This document shows, one piece after another, positions 26,975 through 41,710 of a stretch of DNA of 64,000 nt; the first letter of the stretch is position 1; each line of letters begins with the position of its first letter. Location: positions 374,157 to 438,156 of the forward strand of contig NW_018407525.1 of the NCBI RefSeq assembly GCF_002113885.1, in the 5' to 3' direction. The position numbers were made by a program, and so were the translations under genes. Origin of the DNA: Mizuhopecten yessoensis (Eukaryota). A model generated the notes under the pieces. That model searched no databases. It saw only the letters and a list, made by a program, of their open reading frames with translations, and was not told the DNA's origin.

Positions 26975-29900
26975 CAGTTTTTGATATGTGTAATCTTACT
27001 TAGCAGTTAGTTTCCATACATTTCCCAAACATATTGTCGTACCAAATCGTTAACCGTTTCTTGCCTTATATCATCTACCGTCTAAATACAATGTTATATA
27101 TACGGATCTCACCTCCTTTGCTAACAGACATTTTCTAATTAATATCAATATATCAGCAGAAATTCGTTTCCCAGACAAAAATGCTAACAATGCTGGGTAA
27201 ATTATTTTGTCTGCATTACAGCATCAGTTTGGAATTTGCTACCTGTATTTTAAAACGTTTTTTTAACGTGTTCGAGACGTTTTGATTGACTTCTCGTCAT
27301 GCCTTCCTATGATCTCATATATTGTTGTACAGGTTTCGTAGGGATTAGAATTTCCAATTTAAACAAGACGATAGCATGGTTCTGCTTTGCTATTTGTAAG
27401 GATTGTAATTGGAACGTATGAGCATTGATAGAGACACCGTTACTGTGACACACTAGGACAAGCCACCTTTAACACTCCCTAAGTGTAGAGGGTAGATATA
27501 CTCAGATATTCGAAAGACACACGTTGACCGTGTCAACAGTAATAACATTTGAAGTAAAGAAAAAACAATACCATTTTGTTAATACGTAGATGCAGTTAAT
27601 CCAAACTCAATGTTGAATCTTTTTTGTGTACAAAAATACAACAATACCCCCTCCCCTCACCCCGATACAAAACATTATAAAAAACAAAAACTAAACAAAA
27701 AACACAAAAAAGGCATAAATAAAACAAACAAAATTGGTGGTCCGAATGAGCAATATTCAATCGCCTGCTTCGAATATCACAACTTCCAGACGGACTAACG
27801 GAGAGCAACATGAGATTAGAAAGGGCATGTTGATGAAGACTCATCATTATTTCGTGTGAACATATTTCCTTGTATGATTTACATATCGACTTTTTATATC
27901 ATAGTCATTAATGTGTCTTGTGGTTTCGTTGTACTATCCTGGTTCTCACTTTGAGAACGTGATATTTCTGGTGTCCTTAACAATGGTAGTTGTAAACCCT
28001 GCTTAACGTCCAGCATTAAGGGGAATGGTAACAACTGGTCCACCAATTGTCAGTAGAATGTGAACGGGCGGAATGCTGGGCTTGGTGTCTTCGGCATGAC
28101 ATTTCAGTGAGATAGCATAATAAAGTCGGCAAGCACACCAACATACTGTCTCCTGCATACTCACACGCAAGCGCGCATATACTACACACATGGAGGCACG
28201 TTCTTAAATTTCAATTATACTAAACCCAAGTTTCATTGATCTCTTATTTAGATTCAGGTTTTTTTTACACTATAGTATTCTCTTAAGGATTTCCTGTGTA
28301 ATATTGGTTGTGACCAGATTGAACTGTTCATAACCCTAAAAGAGGATGTTTGACGAAATGCTTGTTTAGAAATTTTAATTGTAAGAAATCCAGAAATATA
28401 AATTTTTAAAACAGGGTATCTACATAATTTGGCTGAATGAAAAATATAGAACAATAATTACGTAAACAGATCGTTATAAGTAAATCACAATGTTACTTGT
28501 TTATAAGAAGTGATGAAGGAAAACGTTTTCTGTTTTATATACATGTGTATTCCTGAAATATCAATATGTTTTCCCCACACTGATTATTTGTCTTCTATAG
28601 TAGTTTTTGATACAATTTTATTTAACACATCATATAATATCCCGTTACGTGAATAATAAAACAATAAAAACAAAAAGAAACAAAAAATACCAAATAGGAA
28701 CAGCAATACAACGACGGTTACGGCACCAATAAACCAAATATACAACAGACATTCAAACTTTGTGTACATCTACCTCCCACCCCGATAGGAAGTACAGGCG
28801 AAGGACAACTACCGGTATAGCCTTACCCACAGAGGTTAATCACATTCATAGTCATGTGAATATCCTACACCCCATTCATCAGCAGGCCGCCATCCAGCTC
28901 TCAAAATTACACAGTATTAGGTATTGTACGGGAGCTGGTGTATAGAGCAGCACACACAAGAGGGCTCGAACGGGATATTTCCGCCACTATAGAGACACGT
29001 CCGTCGTTATTAGGGGATGACGGTATTGTGATATCAGACACCACATCCTGCCGAGAATTTACCCGAGGGGCAAGGATTTCTACAACGGGGTAGTTATGGG
29101 GTGAGGGTAGTCAAAATCTGCGATGTATCCTCTTTTCCCTTTGATCCAGCGTGGATTATTTTCTGTAAGAATCCCCCTCTGTAGGGTTCGAGTCTGATGT
29201 ATCGGGTGTACACCCTTTCGATTCCCCGCTGTCATCAAAGCAATTAGATTTCCACAGAAGATCTCTATTAATTTTTTTACAGAGAGAAAAAATCAGGCTG
29301 TTATTTTATACATGGGTAGTTGGTGGAGAGGCGAGGATGTATAATGAGAGATTTATAAGGCTACTCAGAGGTAAAGGACCCAGCACGAGTTAAAACGATA
29401 AATCACTAAGCGTACCACCAACTTAGCGGGACTCAAAACCACACAAAATGGAATAGAACTAATGACGAAGACGGTCACTTTGATTCAAAACATATACTGC
29501 TTCGACTGGGGTATAACAGCAACTACTACAATAAAATTCTTACAGATTACATGCGCTATTCTTTGAAAAATGCTAGCAGGATATCTTGTAAAAATCATTT
29601 TCAAAGATTATACCGAATAGAACTATTTCCAATGAAAACATTTGACATTTGAAATGAATGAAGTATAACTGGAATCATTTTAATGAAAGTCTTGTCATAT
29701 GATAAAAAGGTCACCATCATATTATTATCTTTGATATACACCCGTGTAGTGTCTTGTTATACTTCCCGAACGTAACGTAGTGGCGGTAGTCAACTATCGA
29801 TAGTCATTGCACAAAACAAATAAGTAAATAACGGAATAAACTCGTACCATGAATGCTTAAACTGACATGAACAATTCAAACTTCCAAAGCTATTTTTTAC

Positions 29901-32900
29901 TTTTTTAACACAAATGAGAAAACTCGAGAACTTTATTTTATCAAGGAAAATGTAAGAACTGAAGTTAGGTACCAATGTTGAATAAAACGGTCTAATACTT
30001 ACTGTTTTACTGTTTATTTTCATTTTCTTAAATACATGCATCACAACATAGGGCAAAAAAGCTATACAGTAACTATGTCGTAAATTATATTCAGTATAAC
30101 TGTTAAATGTCAATAGAAGTATGAAATTGATTTCTGTTCAGAGTATTCATCATAATCCTCTGAATAATCAGTCTGACTGATTTTGTCACAAGTTCTTTTG
30201 TAAATTATAGGACTACAATTCTGAACAAAATTCTTGTCTTATGCTTAACTACTACGACTTACAATGCTGGTGCATGAACACGCATTCACGTGTACAAATG
30301 GTTAAAAAAAACAATTTTCACAGAAACTTATATTAACTTGAACTTTCATTGTTCACTAAGTAATATCAAAACTCCCAATTATCACAAATTTAGACAACAT
30401 TGCCGGCGTGATTTTTTTTCTCCATTTATATTAACTGTTTAGCTGTTACAAGTTGAAGCGATGTGTCCGCCCGTGAGATATAATTGCCCCACGTAAACAC
30501 CAGGAATAATCTATAGTTACCGGTCGTTAATTAACTCCATCCAGGGGCTAGTTATAAATTGATACTTCGATCACTGCCGTGTTTAATATAGAGATCATAA
30601 AGGGGAGACAACAGCATAATATGTTTGAATAGCATGGTCTTAATTAACACGACGTAACGCATAACATTGTCAGAATATTTAATTAACCATCTATTACCAT
30701 TCATAGAACGTACTAAACAAATGTTTCACGGCAATTTTGACCCTTTCAGCAACGTGTTTTCTACTTTATTCACCACGCTAACTTGTATTGAAGGCTTGTT
30801 ACAGACAACTTGATGTATTATCAAAACATCCCTTGGTAACTCATCTGCATTTTCCTAGGGGCACAAGCTCGCTTTATGTGCTACGATAACACAGCTTCTA
30901 TTTGTTTAATGTGTTTTCTTCTTTTGTTCTGTGTTTGTCTTCGAAATAATGTTAATAAAAAGCATCAAGGATTGATTACAGTTCTGTAATTACCAAGATA
31001 ATGACATCAATATGCTCGAAGCTAGGTATTTAAGGTAGTATATAAAAATGTTGAAAGAACGCATCGGACAATGTCACTGACTTTCTTGTGTCCCTACGCT
31101 GCTTCCGGCTAAGTAGCTAGCGTAGTAACATAACAACGATAAATAGTGCCTTGTTCCGGCTGTTTACAATAAACAAACAATTATGTTTTGAACACGACAG
31201 TGAGTGCACAATGATCAAGCCAGGTTTACCTTCTCCAAATACCTAAAGGCGAGAAGAGGAGAAATTGAGACTGTCACAGAGAATAAGGCTCGTTGATCCA
31301 CCTTAGGAAGAACGCTCTATCAACTAGGAGCACAATCACAGTTCTAAGCCAATTACATAGTGTTCGAATCGGGTAACTCGTCCCTTACTGATTATACAAA
31401 AGTTAGGTCAAACTATGTTTTTGTTTGAGGTATTTTGCATTGTACATTTAACGTCATATCATAATCCCATTAATATATATGAACTCCGCGACTAAGGACA
31501 AATATATTGACAAAACTACATTTAGGAAATATTAAATAATAAAACAAAGAAAACAATAAGATTAAATGTAAAGTTCCTCTGTAACATGTACTTGTTATTT
31601 GAAGTCTTTTTTTTTTTTATAAAATCTATACAATCCTTTGTTTAAAAGCATACACTGTAGCTATTCAAATATTGACATACCATCTAAACATCTGATCATA
31701 TCGCAAAATCAGCAAACTTCTGTGATCATAGTAGGGTATTCCTTGCGAATATCAAAGATATACTAAAATATACCTGTTAGTACATTATTCTATATAAGGT
31801 CATTTAGCTTGAATTATCGACGTTTTTTATTGATTGGATGGTTACGCCAGGTATACGCTTTCGACTATAAACTTATATTAAACGAATATAAAATGAGCGA
31901 ATATTGAATTACTTATTTTATAGGAAATCGGGTGAAGATCTTTTCTTTATTGTAACCACAACCAGTTCCCATGATATCAAGTAATATGAGAAAAGTAATT
32001 ATTAATAAAGAGTACATTATGATAGATTGACAACTTGGCGAATTATTGACGGTCTGGTTAATTTTTCTGGTCACCAATTGTCGATGACACCATTAACAAG
32101 GTGTATTTAGTGATACACAAACAAAATCGTGTTGGTACAAAAATAACGGAATTAAAATGACATTATTTAAAACATTCATCTCTCCAATTCTATGGGTACC
32201 TGCAAATAACTTGATTTGTTAAATTTAGGCTACACCATTTCTCTGCACGGAGTAATCTATGATATGTTTATATTTATATTATATGCATGCTAATAACACA
32301 GTTATAGCCGTTCATTCCATTCTAAATAAAATAAAAAACAATATTTGTATGATTATCGAAACAATAATCACGTTACACAAGTCCTGCAATAAAAAGGATA
32401 TCACAAAGAAAAACACAAAAAAGCTTACATTTCAACACATTCTAACTTCTTTTAAATCTATTTATTTTATTTAACCCACTGTTAAACTAACGGAGCCCAA
32501 TACAACTTGATTACGTGCAATAACGAATAGCGCATATTAGATATATTTCAGTATTTAACAAGAAAGGAAACAAGATACCACGATACGTACGGATATTGTG
32601 TACCGATTTTTCAACGGAGTGGCACTTCACTAGACATGCCAAATTATGATCACTTGAGGCTAATAGTTGGCTGTCGATATTATCAGTGGCAGGCTGTACC
32701 GTTATCATGTTCGTGTACTATATCGCTTTCTCCAATGCTGTATATAGCATACTCATATTTGTAATATGGAGAACATTCCGGAAAAAAGATGCAAATAAAA
32801 TAAATATACAAACAAATATTTTGCAATAATAATAAAATGTTCTTTAACAGCCTGTTTATATATTGCACCATGGCCGCCTAAAATAGGCATTTTAGACTTA

Positions 32901-33326
32901 TGTCCCTAGTCGTCTTATTTTTTTATCGAACAGAATGGACAATTCTTTGTGTAATTGTAAGCTAGGGTCGCTTACAAAAATCCGACTATAAACATATCTG
33001 GAAGCGAGACTTATTGATAAATGCATAAAGGAACACTAGTTCAAACAATTCCTAGATGTTCCATTTCATGTTTTTATATATGATATTCTACAGCAAAATA
33101 TCCCGATTTCAAATTCGCGTACTGTGTTCTTGTTATACTAAAATACCATTTCATCCTAGAAGAAGTAAGAACATGTTTATCAGCACAATAACTAATGATA
33201 GTATGCTGAGAGTTTAGAAAACAATTTAGCCTAAAATAGGTTTTTTTATCATTCTATTGAATAACTTGATTTAAAATGTTTGCTATATCTTAATACTGTT
33301 GTACAATGCAATCTAATATCAATATA

Positions 33327-36300
33327 CCTAGTTAAGTTACCACAAACATCTCTCACACTAGTAAAATTACTATAGACATCTCTCACAATAGTAAAATTAC
33401 TATAGACATCTCTCATAATAGTAAAATTACTATAGATATCTCTCACAATAGTAAAATTACTATAAACAGCTCTCACAATACTTAAGTTACCATAAACAAC
33501 TCTCACAATAGTAACGTAACCTTAGACATCTCTCACAATAATATAGTTACCACAAACAACTTTCACAATAGTGTTGATACCATAAACAACTCTCACAATA
33601 GTTAAGTTACCATAAACAACTCTCATAATTGTAATGTTACTATAAAAAGCTCTCACAATAGTTACGTTACCATAAGAAACCTCTCACAATAGTTACGTTA
33701 CGATAAACAACTCTAACAATAGTTACGTTACCATAAACAACTCTCACAATAGTTACGTTACCGTAAACAACTCTCACAATAGTTACGTTACGATAAACAA
33801 CTCTCACAATAGTTACGTTACGATAAACAACTCTAACAATAGTTACGTTACCATAAAAAACTCTAACAGTAGTTACGTTACCATAAACAACTCTAACAGT
33901 AGTTACGTTACCATAAACAACTCTAACAATAGTTACGTTACCATAAACAACTCTAACAATAGTTACGTTACCATAAACAACTCTGATAATTGTTGCGTTA
34001 CCATAAACAGCTCTAACAATAGTTACGTTACCATAAACAACGCTAACAATAGGTACGTTACCATAAACAACTCTAACAACAGTTACGTTACCATAAACAA
34101 CTCTGTTAATTGTTGCGTTACCATAAACATCTCTAACAATAGTTACGTTACCATATACAACTCTGATAATTGTAACGTTACTATATACAACTCTGATAAT
34201 TGTAACGTTACTATAAACAACTCTCACAATAGTGAAGTTACCATAAACAGCCCTCATAAAAGTAACGTTATTATAAACAACTCTCACGTCTAACAATAGT
34301 TACGTTACCATATACAACTCTGATAATTGTAACGTTACCATAAACACCTCTGATAATTGTTGCGTTACCAAAAACAGCTCTAACAATAGTTACGTTACCA
34401 TATACAACTCTGATAATTGTAACGTTACCATAAACAACTCTGATAATTGTAACGTCACCATAAACAACTCCGATAACTGTAACGTTACCATAAACAACTC
34501 TGATAATTATAACGTTACTATAAACAACTCTGATAAATGTAACGTTACTATAAACAACTCTGATAAATGTAACGTTACTATAAACAACTCTGATAATTGC
34601 AACGTCACCATAAACAACTCTGATAATTGCAACGTCACCATAAACAACTCTGATAATTGTAGCGTTACCATAAACAACTCTGATAATTGTTGCGTTACCA
34701 AAAACAGCTCTAACAATAGTTACGTTACCATATACAACTCTGATAATTGTAACGTCACCATAAACAACTCTGATAATTGTTGCGTTACCAAAAACAGCTC
34801 TAACAATAGTTACGTTACCATATACAACTCTGATAATTGTAACGTTACCATAAACACCTCTGATAATTGTTGCGTTACCATAAACAGCTCTAACAATAGT
34901 TACGTTACCATAAACCACTCTAACAGTAGTTACGTTACCATAAACAACTCTGTTAATTGTTGCGTTACCATAAACAGCTCTAACAATAGTTACGTTACCA
35001 TAAACGACTCTAACAATAGTTACGTTACCATATACAACTCTGATAATTGTAACGTTACCATAAACAACTCTGATAATTGTAACGCCACCAAAAACAACTC
35101 TGATAATTGAACCGTGACCATAAACAACTCTGATAATTGCAACGTCACCATAAACAACTCTGATAATTGTTGCGTTACCAAAAACAGCTCTAACAATAGT
35201 TACGTTACCATAAACCACTCTAACAGTAGTTACGTTACCTTAAACAACTCTCACAATAGTTAAGTTACCATAAACAACTCTCCCAATAGTTAAGTTTCCA
35301 TAAACAACCCTCACAATAGTTACTTTACCATAAACAACTCTAACAATTGTTACGTTACCATAAACACCTCTCACAAGAGTTCCGTTATCATAAACAGCTC
35401 TAACAATAGTTACGTTACCATAAACACCTCTGATAATTGTTGCGTTACCAAAAACAGCTCTAACAATAGTTACGTTACCATATACAACTCTGATAATTGT
35501 AACGTCACCATAAACAACTCTGATAATTGTTGCGTTACCATAAACATCTCTAACAATAGTTACGTTACCATAAACGACTCTAACAATAGTTACGTTACCA
35601 TATACAACTCTGATAATTGTAACGTTACTATAAACAACGCTGATAATTGTAACGTTACTATATACAACTCTGATAATTGTAACGTCACCATAAACAGTTA
35701 CGTTACCTTAAACAACTCTCACAATAGTTAAGTTACCATAAACAACTCTCCCAATAGTTAAGTTACCATAAACAACTCTAACAAGAGTTACGGTACCATA
35801 AACAACTCTCACAATAGGTACGTTACCATAAACAACTCTAAAAATAGTTACGTTACCATAAACAACTCTGATAATTATAACGTTACTATAAACAACTCTG
35901 ATAATTGCAACGTCACCATAAACAACTCTGATAATTGCAACGTCACCATAAACAACTCTGATAATTGCAACGTCACCATAAACAACTCTGATAATTGCAA
36001 CGTCACCATAAACAACTCTGATAATTGCAACGTCACCATAAACAACTCTGATAATTGCAACGTCACCATAAACAACTCTGATAATTGTTGCGTTACCAAA
36101 AACAGCTCTAACAATAGTTACGTTACCATAAACCACTCTAACAGTAGTTACGTTACCTTAAACAACTCTAACAATAGTTACGTTACTATAAACAACTCTG
36201 ATAAATGTAACGTTACTATAAACAACTCTCACAATAGTTACGTTACCATAAACAGCTCTCACAACAGTATTGATACAATAAACAACTCTCATTATAGTCA

Positions 36301-36535
36301 CGATACCATAAACAGCTCTCACAATATTGTTGATACCATAAACAACTCTCACAATAGTATTGATACCATAAACAACTCTCACTATAGTCACGATACCATA
36401 AACAACTCTCAAAATAGTGTAGTTACCATAAACAGCCCTCATAATAGTAACGTTATTATAAACAACTCTCACGATAGTTTAGTGACCTTGAATAACTCTC
36501 ACAGTAGTTTAGTTACCCTAAACAACTCTAATAAT
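33327..36535. repeat. 30-bp minisatellite, ~107 units
   Basis: Consensus tagttacgttaccataaacaactctaacaa / ttgtaacgttaccataaacaactctgataa. Decayed edges. Register shifts near 33670, 34288 and 35697. Confidence 0.98.
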
Positions 36536-38234
36536 ATTTGAAAAAAGATAAAGGTATCGTTAAATGTACAAAATAGAAAAAAGTATGTCGTCTATAGACA
36601 GCAATTAGTTAGCTGCTGTTGCATATATAACTATTTTCCCAATTCGATTCTATGTATGTCCATCCCTTAAACTGATTCCATCATGGCATCCGGCGACAGG
36701 TCATTTTCGGTATGAGTAATGGTCCAGCATGTTTAATTATTCATTAAAATGTATAAACAACATATAACGTGAAAAGAAACATCGAAAATTGGATGGATAG
36801 TGGGGATGTCTGATACCTATCTCAACAAGACACGAAAAAGCCGGGGACTCCGGATCTACACGTTCGTCTGCGCGTGTGGCGTCGTAATTAGGGACAGACA
36901 TCGCTTTCGTACTGTTTTATGAAATACACCAACATAAACAAACGAAATTGACATAAGATGTGATTTTTTACGCATAATTTTCTTTAATTTCATGTAAAAA
37001 AAACTATGAAATTGTTGTCAAATCTGGATAGCGAGGGAAGATTATCTGTTTAACAAGGCGCCCTTGACATAATTGAGACTGAGAGTAATCATATAGCGCA
37101 TGCATTATTGTATTAAAAACAATTACTCCCGCGAAATTATTTTTACCTGACAAGGTGGCGCCTTTGATGTTTGCCCGAGACAATTACAGGTATGATGAGC
37201 TCCCAACCATCACTGTCAGTGAGATGCTGATAACACTATAAACGCCATTTTCATTTGCTGTCATTTAGCCGTCGTTTAAAGCATTCTTCGATCATTCTCT
37301 AGAGAATAATGCCATTTATATTCCTTCATTTAAATGTTTCACTTTGAAACGTAATGAAAGTATTTTCAAAAGGCCTTCGCTCCGTCAGTTAAAGTAAACT
37401 GGAACTATTTTTTACCAGTCCGGTTAACCTATGTGATTTGATATCAACGTCAAACCTTAATCTTTTTGGATTTTGTAATTAAGTCCATATTTGATTGGAA
37501 ATGATTCACACATGTTCGTATCCTGCTTGCATCGATATTATCACTCACGGTCTGTGACATTGTCAGGAAATGAGGGGAGATAACTACACTTTGAGCTACG
37601 TAAAGGTAACCAGTCTGAGACCATTACACTCAGGCTTGTTGCAGTGACTGGATCTCGTGCAGTTGATATTATCTACCTAACGTCGCGAGTAACTTTCTAC
37701 CATCCGCCAAAATGGTCGTTCGGGTCCTAGCCTGAGGACCTTATTTCTTATCAACACTGGCGTCTTGTGACCAGCTTTTCCAGATTAATTTTTCAAATTA
37801 CCACCGATTTTGGCGTCAATCAAAAGAGCAAACGGTCGTAATGTTAATGGTGACTACAATGACTGGGCCGGCCTCGATTTCCTTCATTCCAGAATGGCTT
37901 ACACGACAATTCCCCTGGTAGAAACAGCCAGTAGATGATTGTTAGTATCAGTACAGCTGAACGTTTTAATTCCATATTTGAGTGCAAGTATAGATAAGTG
38001 ATTGAAAATCTATTTATAAGTAAAATACAGAATTAGCACAATTGATCTCAAATCAATGTACCCAATAAAAATCAATTGATATGTAGGCCATCGTAAACAT
38101 CTTGTCTTAATGTTTATTCTGCCAAGGATATTTTTGGGAAATGAAAATATGTGATTTACAAACTCAAATAGTTTCAGTACCTCTATGACATGCAGCTATT
38201 CGTTAGATAATGACGTAAACTGCCTACTCGCATT

Positions 38235-39045
38235 GTGTAAAATACCTAAACACTGTGTGTAAAATAAACACTCAAATAGTGTACAATGCCTTGACAACCT
38301 GTGTAAAATAAATACTCAAATAGTGTAAAATACCTAAACACTGTGTGTAAAATAAAAACTCAAATAGTTTAAAATACCTAAACACTCTGTGTAAAATAAA
38401 AACTCAAATAGTGTACAATACCTAAACACTGTGTGTAAAATAAATACTCCAATAGTTTAAAATACCTAAACACTCTGTGTTAAATAAAAACTCAAATAGT
38501 GTACAATACCTAAACACTGTGTGTAAAATAAATACTCAAATAGTTTAAAATACCTAAACACTCTGTGTAAAATAAAAACTCAAACAGTGTACAATACCTT
38601 AACACTGTGTGTAAAATAAATACTCAAATAGTGTCCAATGCCTTGACAACCTGTGTAAAATAAAAACTCAAATAGGGTACAATACCTAAACACTGTGTGT
38701 AAAATAAATACTCAAATACTGTACAATGCCTTTACAACCTGTGTAAAATAAATACTCAAATAGTGTAAAATACCTAAACACTCTGTGTAAAATAAAAACT
38801 CAAACAGTGTACAATACCTTAACACTGTGTGTAAAATAAATACTCCAATAGTGTACAATACCTAGACAAACTGTGTAAAACAAATACTCAAATAGTGTAA
38901 AATACCTAAACAACCTGTGTAAAATTAATACTCAAATAGTGTAAAACACCTAAACACATTGTGTAAAAAAACCATTATCAAATAGTGTAGTTTAAAATAC
39001 CTAATCACTCTGTGTAAAATACATACTCAAATAGTATAAATACCT
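38235..39045. repeat. 44-bp minisatellite (dimer of two 22-mers), ~18 units, with decayed 22-mers to ~39335
   Basis: tgtgtaaaataaatactcaaat + agtgtaaaatacctaaacactg alternate. Confidence 0.95.
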
Positions 39046-40460
39046 ACTCAGCTTGAATAGACAACCTACTATAATGATGGAAATGATACTGTAAATGCCG
39101 TCCCAAATAATTATATTATTGTGTATAATACATTCACAAATCTTATGAAATACCTACTAACATTATGTAAAACATCTGCGTAAATTGTGTAAAATAGCTA
39201 CTAAAATGTACCAAATACCTACTCAAATTGTGTAAAACACCTACATTTTGTACGTAAATTGTGTATTTAACATCTACATATATTGTATAAAATACCTACT
39301 TACCTTGTGTAAGATACCTACTCGGCTTTTGTAAAAAACGAACAGAATACAAAACTTGAAATTGGTAGTCATGGATGATTTGTTTGCACAAGAACGGAAT
39401 ATTTGAGTATCCCTACCAACAGTGGAATCATCGATATATGAGGATCGACATCGATTCGCTAGGAGAGTTTTTGCTTTCATTGGGTGTTTTTTTTTTTTTT
39501 TAATTTTGTTGTTGATGTTGTTAACTTGAATGTTTCCAAATCTTATTGAGGTTTACATTGGATCTGAAATGTTAACATATATCGTGACAAAAGTAGTCAT
39601 TATTGATGGTCGTATTATTGTAGCAATTACTCTAATTTGTTAGGAAGAATAAGACGTTTGTCTCTGAATGATGATGAGGGAATGCTACTATCTATCATAC
39701 AGACAAACAATCTCCGACAATAAAAAATAATTCAATAATAGGAGAGCAAATGTATGTATAATTCATATAGGATGTAGGAAATGATTAGAAAAAACTTTAT
39801 GATCATTTTATAATATTCAACAAAATAGTGACAATTTTGAGATAATGTTCGATCGTTTTACCCAGATTCCGTTACAAGACCGGTAATTAGTGTAGTCCTT
39901 CCTGTCACCTACATTGTCGCGTGCAGCTGCCCGGCCATAACAACATGTCGTCTTTCTCAGTTAGCTGATAGTTTAGAGTGATTGATCAGGTGTAATATTA
40001 GGCTCCATGTCAACGTCTAATACATTGCTATCTTGACAATTTCTGTATAGACACACAAAAACTCCGACATTGCATTAATTTTTCATAGTTTGTTGGAATA
40101 ATTTCCGATAATTACTCATCAAATCATCTAAAACATTGCAAGTGTCGTCTTCCATCAAAATGGCGCCCTTTCATAACGGCTGCTGAGTATTACTGTCTTC
40201 TTCTCCTTGTCAGATTGAAACATAAATTATCTAGTTCATGTCCAACCTAGTTGTTATATATACGTACATCGGTCATCATCATATAAAACTGTGGTGATTG
40301 TAGCGGGGTAGAAAATATAATCACCTATTTCTGCATAGGATTCTTCATCCTTGGATGGTACAAAGTAACAGATGGGTTGCTAATGTTTCTGGAACTGACG
40401 TTGAAATAAATTTAACCAACGCTCTTTCGGATTATGCAAAGTTTTTTTGTTTTTGTTTTT

Positions 40461-40660
40461 GTGGTCGGGTGGCGCAGTGGATAGCGCACTTGCCTTTCAC
40501 CTAGACGACCGGGGTTCGATTCACCGATCGGACGTGAAAAGGTATGGGGGTCACCTGCCGACCACGTGGGTTTTCTCCTTGAACTTCGTTTTCCTCCCAC
40601 TTTAAGACCCCCGGCGCGCTTACATCCGAGCCATCAAGATATGTTGTCAAATAAATAAAG
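40461..40660 (+). mobile_element. V-domain SINE (tRNA-derived)
   Basis: A box TGGCGCAGTGG at 40470-40480, B box GGTTCGATTC at 40513-40522, and V-domain-like gtgggttttctccttgaacttcgttttcctcccac at 40566-40600. Ends aataaataaag. Similar aaag+T-rich tracts on both sides may be a TSD. Confidence 0.85.
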
Positions 40661-40848
40661 GTTTTTATTTGTTTTTTTAAATAATACTCGTGTACAGATA
40701 AATAATTTGCAAACCTATTACAATTACAAGTTGTTGTATTTTAAGGAAAATTGAAATTTGAGACTTGCCTGTATTATTTCAGTATTTTAATGTAACTATT
40801 ATCTTATTCATCTAGCTGACAGCTGTAGAATAAGATGATTTTTTTTCC

Positions 40849-40875
40849 GGGGCGGGTGGGCGGCGGGGATGGGGG
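40849..40875 (+). other. Putative G-quadruplex
   Basis: GGGG c GGG t GGG cggc GGGG at GGGGG: five G-tracts with 1-4 nt loops. Confidence 0.6.
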
Positions 40876-41229
40876 CTGTAGTTGTTATACATGCAAGTCA
40901 TGTTACATGTTATCATTTACGCAAAAGAACTGTATCACAGTAAAAGCTGTTATAAACGGTTAAATCCTTTGAATCATAATTGACATACACGATATTTGTT
41001 TCGGTTTCCCTTTAATAATTCAACACATCACTCTACACCTGTCGCACCTGTTATACCACCTCGCCTTCGTATTCCCGGCAATATTTCTGTTACATTGCTA
41101 TCATCTCAGGTAATGACGGCTGATTATGGAGATATTTTCTTGCCATCTACCAAAATATCGAGAGCTTCCATGAATTTCGAAATGCTGAATAGGACTAGGC
41201 TCAGAAAATGGGGGCAAATGGAATGACAT

Positions 41230-41710
41230 CATGCATATTCGAACATCGAAGTTGAGCAAAAATATCAATATCAAATATAAGTTTGCTGCATATACTTAAA
41301 AGATACCGGTTCCTTTCCTCGGCATCATACCCTGACGTGTACCTAAGTTATGACAATAATAGTCACATGACTAGCAAGACTTATGACAAACGACTTTACC
41401 GATCGGTAAATGTCTTTCTTCAACGGCATCTTATACTACGAGCTAAATGAGATTACGTATAACAGTTGATTCGGTAAATCGCAGCATAATATCTGAGTGA
41501 TGATCAATCAACTACTATTACTTTGCCACTGTGGGGGAGATGATTCAATCTACGTTGGAGGGTACTGCAGTTGTCAGGATGACCTGTTTCAAAAACCTTT
41601 GATTTTCAGTGTGTACCATGAGTACCACACCTGGTGAAGGACGCTTATATCCTATCAAAGAACTAGTTGTAACTTCCAAATTTGTAGGGATGCTTGCATG
41701 GATTCTTGAT
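41230..41710 (+). mobile_element. Penelope-like retroelement fossil (RT C-terminal part plus terminal motif)
   Basis: 41316-41393 translates SSASYPDVYLSYDNNSHMTSKTYDKR, preceded by LKDT and followed by cagttgattcgg (QLIR). This matches the Penelope RT pattern IKDTT...SASYLDL.L....G.L.TKLYDKR...SQLIRY as I recall it. The terminal motif follows at 41613-41710. Disrupted by indels. Confidence 0.75.

Noticed and set aside
33249-36472. Long minus-strand ORFs encoding (VVYGNVTIVR)n, superficially a beta-solenoid or glycoprotein
   Set aside because: A 30-bp period keeps frames open automatically. In-frame TAA stops (~35240, 35708, 36158), several frameshifts, many amino-acid-changing variants, and no signal peptide or unique flanking domain.
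40461-40535. tRNA gene (also 45376-45445)
   Set aside because: A/B boxes are present, but I could not build a convincing cloverleaf, and both continue into SINE body domains.
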